From: Candidatus Woesearchaeota archaeon
Lineage (GTDB): Archaea; Nanobdellota; Nanobdellia; Pacearchaeales; GW2011-AR1
Length of the DNA stretch: 64,000 nucleotides
NCBI GenBank assembly: GCA_964518625.1
Contig: CAZFHC010000001.1
Coordinates: 111-64,110 of the forward strand
Reading direction: 5' to 3'
Under the pieces are notes generated by a model, which ran no database searches, was not told the DNA's origin, and saw only the letters and a program-made list of their open reading frames with translations. A program made the translations under genes and the position numbers. Positions 39,485 to 50,129 of the stretch are shown in pieces. How positions within the stretch are numbered: the stretch's first letter is position 1; each line of letters starts with the position of its first letter.

Positions 39485-40738
39485 CTATTCGTATCTTAGT
39501 GCATCTACTGGTTTCATTTTTGAAGCATTGTAAGCTGGTATAACTCCTGCAATCATTCCTACTATTACTGAGAATAATAATGCCCCGATTAATAGTTCTG
39601 GTGTTATTGTAGTACTTCCGAACATTTTACCTGCCATTCCACCTGTATCACTCATAGAACTTACTAAATTTGACCCGAAGATCCCTAATATGACTCCTCC
39701 TAGTCCACCAACAAATCCTATCAATCCTGAATTAAATAAAAATATTAGCAATATATCTTTATTTTGAGTTCCTATTGCTTTCATAATTCCTATATCTTTT
39801 GTTTTTTCTAAGACTGATGTGAACATAGTGTTTGCTATTCCTACTGCTCCTACTAATAAGGAAATTGCAGCTATTGCTGTTAAAAACAAAGTCATTGTGT
39901 TCATTGTTTCTTGTATTGTTTCTTGCATTTCACTAGGATCAGTTACTGTAAAATCTTGATCTGTTTCTGAGAGAATACCTCTTGAATTTAATAGAGTTTC
40001 TGTTATTTCATTCACTGTTTCATTACTGATATCTATATCATTTATTTTTACAGATATCGAATCAAATTCTTTATCTCCAACATCATCTAAAATTATACGT
40101 GCTATTTCTATTGGCATATATATTGTTGAACCTGAATCTAGGATCCCAACAACTTTAAATGTTTTATCTTCAATCACAATTTTACTGTTTAATGGAATTC
40201 CATCTTCAAATGTATTAGTTACAATATTTCCACCTATTACAACTGAATATGTATCACTGTTAATTAGATATCTACCTGATTCTAATTCTTCTGTTGTTAT
40301 TTCTTTCCAATTTTCAGTTTCTACTCCGTTAATAGTTGATGTTGCTGATTTAGTGAGATATTCTATTGTTCCTTTTTCTGAAACTTTTCCCATTACGCAA
40401 TCAATATTGTCAACCGTTGTTAATGATAGAATATCCCTTGATGTTAGATTTTCTTGTTCATCATCATTAGAGGATGTATCTTTTAGATCTCGTCCCATTC
40501 CGCCACCAAAACCACCAGATGACCCTTTAGCAACGGAATATCCTGGTGTTACTGTTAATATATCAGCTCCAAGACCTCCTAATTGTTCTTCTAGATTTGC
40601 CTCAGCTCCTTGAGTTATTGAGACAATAGATACAACTGCTGCAATACCAATTACTATTCCTATTATTGTTAGCCAGCTACGTAGTTTTCCATGCATAAGG
40701 ATATTAAATGCTAATTGAAATGATTTTTTTATTTTCAT
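39485..40738 (-). CDS. ABC transporter permease, MacB/FtsX family
   Basis: RSWLTIIGIVIG, ISLLVG.VGI.NTM..SV.E.T..IG.MKA.G, PA..A....PVDALRYE. Confidence 0.93.
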   Translation of the reverse strand: MKIKKSFQLAFNILMHGKLRSWLTIIGIVIGIAAVVSIVSITQGAEANLEEQLGGLGADILTVTPGYSVAKGSSGGFGGGMGRDLKDTSSNDDEQENLTSRDILSLTTVDNIDCVMGKVSEKGTIEYLTKSATSTINGVETENWKEITTEELESGRYLINSDTYSVVIGGNIVTNTFEDGIPLNSKIVIEDKTFKVVGILDSGSTIYMPIEIARIILDDVGDKEFDSISVKINDIDISNETVNEITETLLNSRGILSETDQDFTVTDPSEMQETIQETMNTMTLFLTAIAAISLLVGAVGIANTMFTSVLEKTKDIGIMKAIGTQNKDILLIFLFNSGLIGFVGGLGGVILGIFGSNLVSSMSDTGGMAGKMFGSTTITPELLIGALLFSVIVGMIAGVIPAYNASKMKPVDALRYE

Positions 40739-40758
40739 TTTAGAGTGTACTAAGAGAA

Positions 40759-41739
40759 TTATTTACTATTTTCTTTTGTAATCCAAGTTGGAACTTTTGA
40801 AGAAGATGTTTTTTTGTTTTTCTTAAACTTCTTCTTCAAATTATCTACTCCTATTTTCTTATATATAGTATAGAACGCTCCTAATATTGCTATAACAACA
40901 ATATACCAAATCCAATTATTGTTTGAATTTGAAGTTTCTTCTCCTTTTTTCATACCTATACCTTCTCCAGGCATAAAAGTTGCATTCATTAAATTTTGAT
41001 TCATGTTAAGATTCAATTCCATGTTTACAATTCTTCGTTCTCCTAAGCTATCTGTATAGTATATGTCAAAATCAAAGTTATTAGTATCTTCTGCATCTCG
41101 TTGTGGAATTGCTGTTATGTCGAAATTAACAATTGCATAATCTCCACTATCTAGATTTCCTACCATTTGTCCATCTGTACTAGTTGCCTTGAAGTTATCT
41201 TGTTCTGGAACTCTTACAACAACTGAGTTAGCTGTATATTTACCGATATTAGCAATTGCAATAGATATTTCTGTTGAACTAGAATCTTGAATTACTGCAT
41301 CAAAATCTGTCCTTAGATCTTCTATCTTAATATCAAATTCCTCAACAACATTTCCTCGTTCTTCTCCATATTTTACACTAATTGTTGAATTTGCATCTAT
41401 TGCATCTGAATCAACTCGTAATGTTATTGGAATCATCCATTCTGTTTTTGAATTTGATACCCATGTACTCCCTTCTAATTTATGGATTAATTCCTCATCA
41501 CTATCTACTGAAAATGGATATGATGGAACTAATTCAAAATATGCACCAGTACATTCTGAATTATCTATACCTGAAATTTGGAATAAGACATCAACATATT
41601 CTCCTTGTGTTGCAGGATATGAATCTTGATTTACCATTGTTACACTTAAATCACAATTTTCAGATGCTGAAACTTGACTTATTAGAATTAGACTTAGTAA
41701 TAGAAATAAACTTGTAGAATACTTGTATTTGTTTTTCAT
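40759..41739 (-). CDS. COG1361 S-layer-domain protein (exporter accessory)
   Basis: Signal peptide, IAN.G...ANSV, GNL..GDY, Y.D..G.R, C-terminal TM. Confidence 0.75.
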   Translation of the reverse strand: MKNKYKYSTSLFLLLSLILISQVSASENCDLSVTMVNQDSYPATQGEYVDVLFQISGIDNSECTGAYFELVPSYPFSVDSDEELIHKLEGSTWVSNSKTEWMIPITLRVDSDAIDANSTISVKYGEERGNVVEEFDIKIEDLRTDFDAVIQDSSSTEISIAIANIGKYTANSVVVRVPEQDNFKATSTDGQMVGNLDSGDYAIVNFDITAIPQRDAEDTNNFDFDIYYTDSLGERRIVNMELNLNMNQNLMNATFMPGEGIGMKKGEETSNSNNNWIWYIVVIAILGAFYTIYKKIGVDNLKKKFKKNKKTSSSKVPTWITKENSK

Positions 41740-41768
41740 TATCTTAATTAAAATGGATTTTACCCCAT

Positions 41769-42461
41769 TTATTTTTTAACCTCCCTTTCAATTCTTCCGT
41801 CTTTTATGTAGACTATTCTTTTGGCATATTTTACCAATTCTAAATCGTGAGTAATTAATATTATTGTTTTTCCTTTTTTGTTTAAATCTATTAAAAAGTC
41901 CATCACAAATTTACCGGTTTTACTATCTAAATTTCCGGTTGGTTCATCTGCTAATATAATCTCTGGATTATTTGAAAGTGATCGTGCTATAGCAACTCTT
42001 TGTTGTTGTCCTCCTGATAGTTCTGATGGTTTATGATGAAGTCTATCTCCCAAACCTAGATCTGTTAATAATTTTACTGACTTTTCTTTCGCTATATTTT
42101 CTTTCGTATTTATTACTTCCATTGGAAGCATCACATTTTGTAGAGCACTTAAAGTTGGAAGCAAATTAAATTGTTGGAAAATAAAACCTATTGTTTCTCC
42201 TCGTAAAATTGATAGTGTTGATTCATTCATTTTTGAGATGTCTTTATTATCTAAATACACTGTCCCCCATGATGGTTTATCTAATGCCCCTACTATATTC
42301 ATCATTGTACTTTTTCCACTACCAGAAGGCCCTGTAATCGCAATAAAATCACCTTTTTGAATTTCTAAATTAATTTCTTTTAATACAACTAATGGATCTG
42401 CTTTACCCATATCGTATTTTTTCCATACATTATCAATTTTAATCACTGATTCTTTTTTCAT
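41769..42461 (-). CDS. ABC transporter ATP-binding protein (LolD/MacB type)
   Basis: GPSGSGKST, LSGGQQQR, LADEPTGNLD. Confidence 0.95.
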   Translation of the reverse strand: MKKESVIKIDNVWKKYDMGKADPLVVLKEINLEIQKGDFIAITGPSGSGKSTMMNIVGALDKPSWGTVYLDNKDISKMNESTLSILRGETIGFIFQQFNLLPTLSALQNVMLPMEVINTKENIAKEKSVKLLTDLGLGDRLHHKPSELSGGQQQRVAIARSLSNNPEIILADEPTGNLDSKTGKFVMDFLIDLNKKGKTIILITHDLELVKYAKRIVYIKDGRIEREVKK

Positions 42462-42493
42462 AATACTACTCCTTTTTTTTTATATATAAAGAG

Positions 42494-42512
42494 AATGGAC
42501 TTTTGGTCCATT
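42494..42512. promoter_or_regulatory. Operator copy 3 (AATGGAC-TTTTG-GTCCATT) next to the TATA of the ABC operon
   Basis: Perfect 7-bp inverted repeat 3 nt upstream of minus-strand TTTATATATA (42490-42481). Confidence 0.7.
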
Positions 42513-42573
42513 GGTTAAAAGAATTATAAATTTTAGGACTCCATGGATTAAAAAATATTAAATAAAGAATCTT

Positions 42574-43674
42574 TTATTTCTTATCTTTTGTTAGAATTAC
42601 TAATAAACTTGGTACTATTGTAATTGCTGCTAGCATACAGAAGATAACTCCGTAGCTCATGATTATTCCCATTTCTGCCATCACTGAAAGTTCTCCTAAT
42701 CCCATTGCTCTAAAACCAATTAAGCATGCTAATGTTGTTGTTAATATTGGCACTAATATCCCGTTTAGTGTTTTTGACATTGCTGCTTTTTTATCGTTCT
42801 TTTTCAATTCTTGATTGTAACGACTCATTACTTGAATTCCAAAATCTATTCCTATTCCCATTATCATTGAGATTGCTCCGCTTGTCATTGAAGATAATCC
42901 GCTTCCTGTTAATCCCAAGAATCCCATTGTCCACATAATTCCAAAAATGATTGTCATTAAAGGTAGAGCGACTCCTTTTACTGACCTAAAAATTAAAATT
43001 AAAATTAAAATTATGGCTATCATTGAGAACATTGAAGTCCTATTCATATCTGGCCCAATTTGTTCCTTTATTATTACATCTTGGAATATTTCTCCTGATA
43101 AACTAATTTTAATTCCTGCTGGTTTGTCTATTTGATTTATTAATTCTGATATTTCATTTGTAATTTCTTCACTCTCAACCTCATCATCGAATGTTATTTT
43201 TATTAATAGCATAGATTCGTCTTCTGATACATAACTTTTTCCTACAAAACTTTTCGAAATTGTTTCTATTTCTAATTGAGTATTTGGAATTTGTCCATAT
43301 TGTTTCTCTATTATTTGTCCCATTCCATTGATTTCTTCAACATTGTTTGAGTTTGTTAGATATGTTTCTAGTAATAATGAATATCTTATTAGTATTGGTT
43401 CTGTTACTTTTTTTACTTCATTAGAATTTACATAGTTGTTATCTATTTCTATTACGATTGTTCCTGAATTTGTTCCACCAAAGTCATCTGATATCAACGA
43501 AAAGGCTTTAATTACGTCATAGTCGTCAGGTAACATGTCTTCGTAATTCATATCTTGGGTTTGCATTAGTTGTATTCCAACAAACATTATTAGTGTTAGA
43601 ACTAGGCTTAGAACTAAGACAATTGCTGAATTTTGGCTTACGAAATCTGCATATTTTTTAGTGATTTTTTTCAT
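42574..43674 (-). CDS. MMPL/RND family transporter, half-size subunit
   Basis: One TM + extracellular loop + five TM; MGIGIDFGI. Confidence 0.85.
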   Translation of the reverse strand: MKKITKKYADFVSQNSAIVLVLSLVLTLIMFVGIQLMQTQDMNYEDMLPDDYDVIKAFSLISDDFGGTNSGTIVIEIDNNYVNSNEVKKVTEPILIRYSLLLETYLTNSNNVEEINGMGQIIEKQYGQIPNTQLEIETISKSFVGKSYVSEDESMLLIKITFDDEVESEEITNEISELINQIDKPAGIKISLSGEIFQDVIIKEQIGPDMNRTSMFSMIAIILILILIFRSVKGVALPLMTIIFGIMWTMGFLGLTGSGLSSMTSGAISMIMGIGIDFGIQVMSRYNQELKKNDKKAAMSKTLNGILVPILTTTLACLIGFRAMGLGELSVMAEMGIIMSYGVIFCMLAAITIVPSLLVILTKDKK

Positions 43675-44836
43675 TTAGTGCTTTTTGTTTTGCATGTTGT
43701 TTAGTTTTTTCTGTGAGTCTTTTGTGTTTCTTTTCTGTTATTAGATGCTCAAATCTCTCTTCTAATACAATTAATGCAGGGTTGATGAATATTGCTGCCG
43801 TTAGTGAGAAAGCTATTCCTAAAGCTAGTGAGAGTCCTAAGTCTCGAAGCATTGGCATCATTGAAAATGTTAATGCTAAAAATCCCATTATTGTTGTTGT
43901 TCCACTTCCTAAGACTGAACTTCCTACTTCTTGTACTGTGATTTTTAGTGATTTTTTTGAACTTTTATTCTCTCTTTCTTCGCTATAACGACTTACTATG
44001 AATACCCCATATTCGACTCCTAGTCCTAGAATCATTGCTCCTATCCCAACGGTTGCAACTGATAATTGGATATCTAACCATCCCATTGTTCCTAGTGTCC
44101 ATGAAATTCCAAAAAGGAGTGGTGTGAATATTAGTAATGCTTTTGTTGCTGATTTTTCTAAAATTATTAGTAATACTAAAATCATTAGTGCTGCAATTAA
44201 AATTGTGAATACTGCATCGCTTGCTAGTAAATCTAAAATCATTGATCTTATTTGTGGTGTTCCTGTTATATAAACTGTTACTCCATCTGGCTTTGAAGTT
44301 TCTGATAGTGCTTCATTAATTATACTATCTAATTCTTTTATTTTATCTTCGCCACCGCCTAAATCTGAAGAAATTATCATCATCGTTGCTGAATAGTCTT
44401 TATTGAAGAATGCATTAACGCCTGCGATGCTTGAAAATATTTGTTTTGAGTAATCTAAAGTTGGTGGGATTGTGTCTATTGTAAACATTGCTCCTATTGA
44501 TTGTGTTGATTCTATTAAATCTTCTTTTTCTAATTTTGTTTTTAATTCTACTAAAAATTCTATAATTCTTGGATCTCTTATATCGTATACTCCATTTTCT
44601 TCTGGTTCTTCTATTCTAATTAATACGAAACTTCCATCTTGACCACCGAAATTATCTTGGATTCTATCTTCTACTTTAAAAATTTCTAAATCTTGAGGCA
44701 TCATTTGATCCATATCTGATTGCATTGAAACTTTTGATATCCCAATTCCTAATACCGTTGTTATTATTAGTGCAATTAATAAAATCCATGCTGCATGTTT
44801 GTATTGAAATGATGATAATTTTTCTAACACTTTCAT
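43658..44836 (-). CDS. MMPL/RND family transporter, half-size subunit
   Basis: One TM + loop + five TM; LGLGVEYGV, TT..GF.AL. Confidence 0.85.
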   Translation of the reverse strand: MKVLEKLSSFQYKHAAWILLIALIITTVLGIGISKVSMQSDMDQMMPQDLEIFKVEDRIQDNFGGQDGSFVLIRIEEPEENGVYDIRDPRIIEFLVELKTKLEKEDLIESTQSIGAMFTIDTIPPTLDYSKQIFSSIAGVNAFFNKDYSATMMIISSDLGGGEDKIKELDSIINEALSETSKPDGVTVYITGTPQIRSMILDLLASDAVFTILIAALMILVLLIILEKSATKALLIFTPLLFGISWTLGTMGWLDIQLSVATVGIGAMILGLGVEYGVFIVSRYSEERENKSSKKSLKITVQEVGSSVLGSGTTTIMGFLALTFSMMPMLRDLGLSLALGIAFSLTAAIFINPALIVLEERFEHLITEKKHKRLTEKTKQHAKQKALNEKNH

Positions 44837-45318
44837 TTTAGCTTCTTCATTTTATTTATTGCTTCTTTTATTATTACTTTTATTTTTGTTTGATTGTTTT
44901 TTATGTCTAATGAATTTATTGCTTTTTCCAAATCAATCAATTCTTCAGTTATTGGTATTAATTTTAAATGTTTTTTATCAAAATTATCGATAATATTATT
45001 AATACAATCTTCTTCTCCTAATAATTTTAGAAATTTTACTCCCTCTTCTATCTTCTTTAAAATTTCATTTTTCTTTTTATCGGATTCTCTTAGAAATCGG
45101 TTCCCTTTTAATGTTATTGAATATATTTTCGTATTGGATTGTTTTTTTACTGATGTTAATTTTAAATTTACTAGTTCTTGCATTAAAGGATATAGTGAAC
45201 CTGGGGAAACTTTCCATCCTGTTTTATCTTCTATTGTTTTAGAAATTTGGCTACCTTTCCTTTTTTCTGTTGATAAGACTTTTAGTACCAGTAATTTTAA
45301 GGCACCATTTACTGCCAT
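44833..45318 (-). CDS. PadR family transcriptional regulator
   Basis: LK.LVL...SPGSLYP.M..L...Y.IT.KG. Confidence 0.88.
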   Translation of the reverse strand: MAVNGALKLLVLKVLSTEKRKGSQISKTIEDKTGWKVSPGSLYPLMQELVNLKLTSVKKQSNTKIYSITLKGNRFLRESDKKKNEILKKIEEGVKFLKLLGEEDCINNIIDNFDKKHLKLIPITEELIDLEKAINSLDIKNNQTKIKVIIKEAINKMKKLK

Positions 45319-46494
45319 TTAAGCTCTCCTTATTACATATATAGATAGAACGATTAAAAGTATTGTTATAATTACTATTCCTACAAATAAATAAAGTTTC
45401 ATGTCTAATGTTTTTGTTGTTACATTGATGTTTGATGTTACATCATCTACTAAGACTGAATCTCCTGAGATTGATCTTACTTGATAGTTTAATATATATG
45501 ACATTGGTGTTGCATCTTTATCTACTTCAAAATCAAATATTGCATAACCTGTCTCTCCTACATCTAAGCTTCCAACATAAGAAGACTTTTCTGTAAATGA
45601 AAATGGTTGATCACTTCGTTCATATACTTTTAAACTTACATCTTTTGAGTTTTCTCCACCTATATTTTGGATTGCTAGTCTTACTTTTGTAGTTGACCCT
45701 GGGTATATTCCTTCTGTTAATATTTTTACATTCGTAATTTCAAATTGTGGGATTGAGAATACTGGTAGTTCTATTTCTAATGTTTTTGTTTCATCATTTC
45801 CTTCTGATGTATAATCTAAATCTAATGTTGCTGTGTAACTTGCTTCTGATAGTGTTTTATCTGTGTCAAAATAGAATGTTAATGTTTTGGATATTCCTGA
45901 GGCTAAATCACCTAAATGCACTTTGTCTGAATATGAACTTGATGGAGAGAACCCTTCTGGTAAGTTTAATGTTGCGATTAAGTTTTCTGATGTATAATCA
46001 CCTGAATTCTTTATTGTTACATCAAATTTTACCTCTTGTGAATTTGGTATGATTTTTTTTGGGGCTGAAATAATTTCTCCTAGTGTTATTTCTACTGTAT
46101 CACTGATTATTCTTAATTTAAATTCATCATTCCAGTCATCTGATCCGTCATCTAGATTAAATTCTAAATCATAAGATTTTGAGTCTGCATCTTTATCTAC
46201 TTCTATCCTGAAATTGAAAGTCTTTGTCTCACTTGAATTGATTAACGTTGTAATTTCATCATCTGTTATAAATTCAAATGGATCATCTTCTTTGAAGTCT
46301 AATGTCAGATTTTTTGCTATGCTTGCATCGTTTGTTATTTTTAATGTTAACGTAAAAATATCATCTACAGTTGCTGAGTCATAGCTTATTTCTAAGTCAT
46401 AGTCTTCTACGTATACTGAGTCTGAATATGCGCTTACTGTTGCTAGAAGCATTAGTGTTGCAAACATTATTGTTAATACATTATTTACTCTCAT
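45319..46494 (-). CDS. COG1361 S-layer-domain protein
   Basis: Signal peptide, three Ig-like repeats, C-terminal TM. Confidence 0.75.
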   Translation of the reverse strand: MRVNNVLTIMFATLMLLATVSAYSDSVYVEDYDLEISYDSATVDDIFTLTLKITNDASIAKNLTLDFKEDDPFEFITDDEITTLINSSETKTFNFRIEVDKDADSKSYDLEFNLDDGSDDWNDEFKLRIISDTVEITLGEIISAPKKIIPNSQEVKFDVTIKNSGDYTSENLIATLNLPEGFSPSSSYSDKVHLGDLASGISKTLTFYFDTDKTLSEASYTATLDLDYTSEGNDETKTLEIELPVFSIPQFEITNVKILTEGIYPGSTTKVRLAIQNIGGENSKDVSLKVYERSDQPFSFTEKSSYVGSLDVGETGYAIFDFEVDKDATPMSYILNYQVRSISGDSVLVDDVTSNINVTTKTLDMKLYLFVGIVIITILLIVLSIYVIRRA

Positions 46495-46496
46495 AC

Positions 46497-46514
46497 TTTA
46501 TCGGTTCCGATAAA
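46497..46514. promoter_or_regulatory. Candidate PadR operator TTTATCGG-TT-CCGATAAA
   Basis: Perfect 8-bp inverted repeat between the TATA (46517-46524) and ATG 46494. Confidence 0.65.
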
Positions 46515-46614
46515 CCTTTATAAGGTTTATTGTTCTAAAATGAATATGTTGTAAAAGATAAATTGGTTATGGATTAAACATAATGAGTTCTAAGTTCTTT
46601 ATTTGTTATTTCTT

Positions 46615-47616
46615 TTAGAAAAGATAGGTATTATCGTAATAAAATAGATCTGGTTTCTTTTTTTCTATTTCTTCTATTATTTCCCATGATTTTATTGCTT
46701 GTTCAATTGTTGGAAAGAAATTTTTTTCGTTATTTATAAATTTTTTAAATATTTCTAAGTATTCATTCCCTATTCCAAATTTATATTTAGTCCTATTTAT
46801 TGTTAGAAAGCTTTCTTTCTGATTTAGTGCTTTTCCTGTTGTAAATATTAGTTCTTTGTTATTTAATTTTAATTTTAATTTTACGAATGTTTCTATTATT
46901 GATTTTTTTCCTAGTTCTTTTGAATAATTTTTATATTGCCCTCTTTTGAATTCTAATATTTCGATTTTGTCTTTTAATTCTTCTTTTGATATTTTCTGTG
47001 TTATATTCAGAAAATGACTTTGTACCATATCTTTTAAGGCTCCGACTGAATTGTAATATGTTGTTCTACCTTCTAAACCTACTTCTTCTGTTGATTTGAT
47101 TTCTAGTTTTGTGAAATCTTGCTTTGGAAGATTAATTATATTTTGCTTGAATAAATAGTGATCTGATAAAAAGATGTCTTTTCCCAGATTGTTTTCTTCT
47201 ATTAATTGCTTTAATTCTTTAGCTTCTAGTAGATTACTTCCAAATGGTTTTTCTATTAATATTTTTATTGAATAGTTTAGTTCTTTGAATTTTTTTAAAG
47301 AATAAAGAATTTTTTTAATTTGTGATGGGGGAAGTGATATGTAAACATAGTTTGTTTTATTTTGGTCAAAATTTGCAATACATTTTTTCCCACAGATATC
47401 TTCTTTGTCAAAATTTAGTTTTATGTATTTGATTGATTCTTGGAATATTGGTGTACATCTATCTTCTGAACATACGTGATGTAAATATTTCTCTTGTGTT
47501 ATATTTTTTCTTCCTATTGCATAAATTTCTAATTTTTCACTATTAAAATTTTGTAAAGCTGGTAAAACTTTTCTATTAACTAAATCACCTGTTGATCCGA
47601 ATATAAAAAGTTTCAT
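46615..47616 (-). CDS. zwf: Compact glucose-6-phosphate dehydrogenase
   Basis: FGSTGDL..RK.LPAL, IEKPFG, DHYLFK, GALKDMVQSH, RGQY, TGKAL. Confidence 0.85.
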   Translation of the reverse strand: MKLFIFGSTGDLVNRKVLPALQNFNSEKLEIYAIGRKNITQEKYLHHVCSEDRCTPIFQESIKYIKLNFDKEDICGKKCIANFDQNKTNYVYISLPPSQIKKILYSLKKFKELNYSIKILIEKPFGSNLLEAKELKQLIEENNLGKDIFLSDHYLFKQNIINLPKQDFTKLEIKSTEEVGLEGRTTYYNSVGALKDMVQSHFLNITQKISKEELKDKIEILEFKRGQYKNYSKELGKKSIIETFVKLKLKLNNKELIFTTGKALNQKESFLTINRTKYKFGIGNEYLEIFKKFINNEKNFFPTIEQAIKSWEIIEEIEKKKPDLFYYDNTYLF

Positions 47617-47689
47617 AATTGTGACAGTTTGTATTGGTTTAAAAATTTTGGTAAAGATGGTAAAAATTATTCAATATTTGCAAAACTAT

Positions 47690-48483
47690 TTATGGATGTT
47701 TATGACAGATATCTACCATTTTCTCTAAAGATTCATTGACTTCATTACCCATATACTCAAAAAAGTTATGTTCTCCTTTAGACAATTCGGATTCCCTACC
47801 CTCTGCTCTATTACTCTTATATCCTTCTACTGCTTCTTCTAAATATGTATAATAGTCACCTTTTTCAAAAGCATTAATTACTGGAACAGGTATCCCATAA
47901 TAATTTAAAATTATATTTTGGATAGACCTTGCAGTTCTACCATTTCCATCTAAAAATGCATGTATTCTTGCTATATCAAAATGAGCATAAGTTGATGCGT
48001 TTATTACATCAATTGGATTAATATTTAATTGATTTCCAATATATTCAAACTGTTTGTTTAAATTTTTTATAAATTTGGGTATTTCAAAATAGATAATTTT
48101 TCTGGTGTTGGCATAACTCTTGTCATTTTTTTGCCTCCTACATAAGCTTGAGAAGTTCTATATTGAGGAACAGAATTTTTATGAATTTCTGGTAATATTT
48201 TCCCATTTATTTCTCTAATAAATGACTCCTCAAAATTATATGGGTCAAAATTAGATATTCCCCATATCCATGCATCATTCAAATTCCTTTTTAATTTTCG
48301 CATTCTATGTTTTGGAATATTAGAATCTTCTTCAATTATCAATGACTGATGATGGGCATCTTTAATTTGTCTATTATAAACTAATTTTTGATATTTTAGA
48401 TAAAAATAACAACTATGATCTGTTTTTATTTCATTATAATTTTTTTTTAAATCTATACATAATTCTTTAGATAAATATTCCAT
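47690..48483 (-). pseudogene. Fic-domain protein split by a 1-nt frameshift near 48097-48101
   Basis: Shifted frame continues YFEIPKF...HFDIARIHAFLDGNGRTAR... to TAA at 47690-47692. Confidence 0.8.
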
Positions 48484-48567
48484 ATTATTCTTAATTAATG
48501 TGTCTTTTTAAAATGATACTAATTTCGCAACTAACTATACTTAAATAAAAAATAAAAAATTGCTTAA

Positions 48568-49233
48568 TTATAGCTTTTTATGACATAACCACCAATCATA
48601 ACATTCAAATTCTCCTGCTGCACTTTTTTCAAGCCTTTCTTTTGCTGTCTTTGTGTCAGTTGCAGGTGGAATGATTACATGATCTCCTACAAGTTCACTA
48701 TTTGGCCAGTTTGCAGGCATTGCTACATTATTTAGATCAGATATTTGCATTGCTTTTACTGATCTTAAAATTTCATCCATATTTCTTCCAAGTTCTTGTG
48801 GATAATAAAAAATTATTCTAATTTTTGAATCTGAATCCACAATAAACACTGCTCTAACTGTGTTTGTTCCTTTCCCTGGATGTATTAATCCTAATGTTTC
48901 AGCAACAGCTCCGGTATCTGCAATAATTGGAAATTCTATTTGAACATCTAATTTTTCTTTAATCCATTCTTCCCACTTAATATGTGCAAATACTTGGTCA
49001 ACACTTAAACCAATAAGATCACAATTCAATTCTTTGAATTGAGAATATCTTTTTTGAAACGCAACAAATTCAGTAGTACAAACTGGAGTAAAATCTGCAG
49101 GATGACTAAATAATACGAACCATTTTCCCTTCATATCTTCTGGCAAATTCATTGAACCATGAGTTGTTTGAACTTGCATTGAAGGGAATTTATCTCCTAA
49201 GAGTGGCATATTGTTTGTTTTTTGTTCTTCCAT
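48568..49233 (-). CDS. Peroxiredoxin (Prx6/archaeal AhpC type)
   Basis: [34 protein letters not shown] before ATG 49233. Confidence 0.93.
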   Translation of the reverse strand: MEEQKTNNMPLLGDKFPSMQVQTTHGSMNLPEDMKGKWFVLFSHPADFTPVCTTEFVAFQKRYSQFKELNCDLIGLSVDQVFAHIKWEEWIKEKLDVQIEFPIIADTGAVAETLGLIHPGKGTNTVRAVFIVDSDSKIRIIFYYPQELGRNMDEILRSVKAMQISDLNNVAMPANWPNSELVGDHVIIPPATDTKTAKERLEKSAAGEFECYDWWLCHKKL

Positions 49234-49490
49234 TTTTGTTCCTCCTTTCATTTCTTCATTTTATAATGTATTGAAATTATAAAAATATACTTATTTAAGT
49301 TGTATTTAGTTTTTAAGATGATTGAAGTTTGGTAGAATATTGCTATTTTTTTACAGTACTATTTAATATTTAGAGTCTTCTTTCATCTAGTGATAATTGA
49401 TTCGGCTTACATTTTAGTATATCATTTTTAGATTCGTCTATTGCAATTAGGAAAACCTTATATAATTATTTAATGTTTTAATTCAATAAA

Positions 49491-50129
49491 ATGAAAACTT
49501 TAACTTTTGCTACGATTCTTTTGATTATTTTTTCATTTTTAATTGCATTATATTCTTATTCTGAAATTGATGAAGATATTGTTGCATCTCATTGGAATTC
49601 TGCGGGAGAAATTGACAATTATATGCCTAAATTTATTGGTTTATTTTTATTTCCTTTTATTTTAATTGGATTATATTTGTTATTTATTGGGATTCCCAAA
49701 GTAGATCCATTCAAAAAGAATATTGAATCATTTAGAGATAGTTATGATAAATTTATTTTTATGTTTTTTTTATATATTTTTTATGTTTTTTTATTAAGTA
49801 TTTTAGTTAATTTAGGTTACGAATTAAATATGAATCTTTTTATTATTCCTTCTCTTGGATTGTTATTTTTTTGTATTGGATTATTTATGAAAAAATTTAA
49901 AAGAAATTGGTTTATTGGGATTAGAACTCCATGGACTATTAGTAATGAAAAAGTTTGGATAAAAACTCATGAATTAGGTGCTAAACTTTTCAAAATTTTA
50001 GGAATTATTATTTTATTTAGTATATTCTTTAATCCTGAATATTTGGTCTGGTTTATCCTAATTCCTACATTTATTATCACATTTTGGTTAATATTGTATT
50101 CTTATCTAGAATTTAAAAAATTAAATTAA
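49491..50129 (+). CDS. SdpI/DUF1648 immunity-like membrane protein
   Basis: HWN..GE.D, NWFIGIRTPWT...VW.KTH. Confidence 0.88.
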   Translation: MKTLTFATILLIIFSFLIALYSYSEIDEDIVASHWNSAGEIDNYMPKFIGLFLFPFILIGLYLLFIGIPKVDPFKKNIESFRDSYDKFIFMFFLYIFYVFLLSILVNLGYELNMNLFIIPSLGLLFFCIGLFMKKFKRNWFIGIRTPWTISNEKVWIKTHELGAKLFKILGIIILFSIFFNPEYLVWFILIPTFIITFWLILYSYLEFKKLN

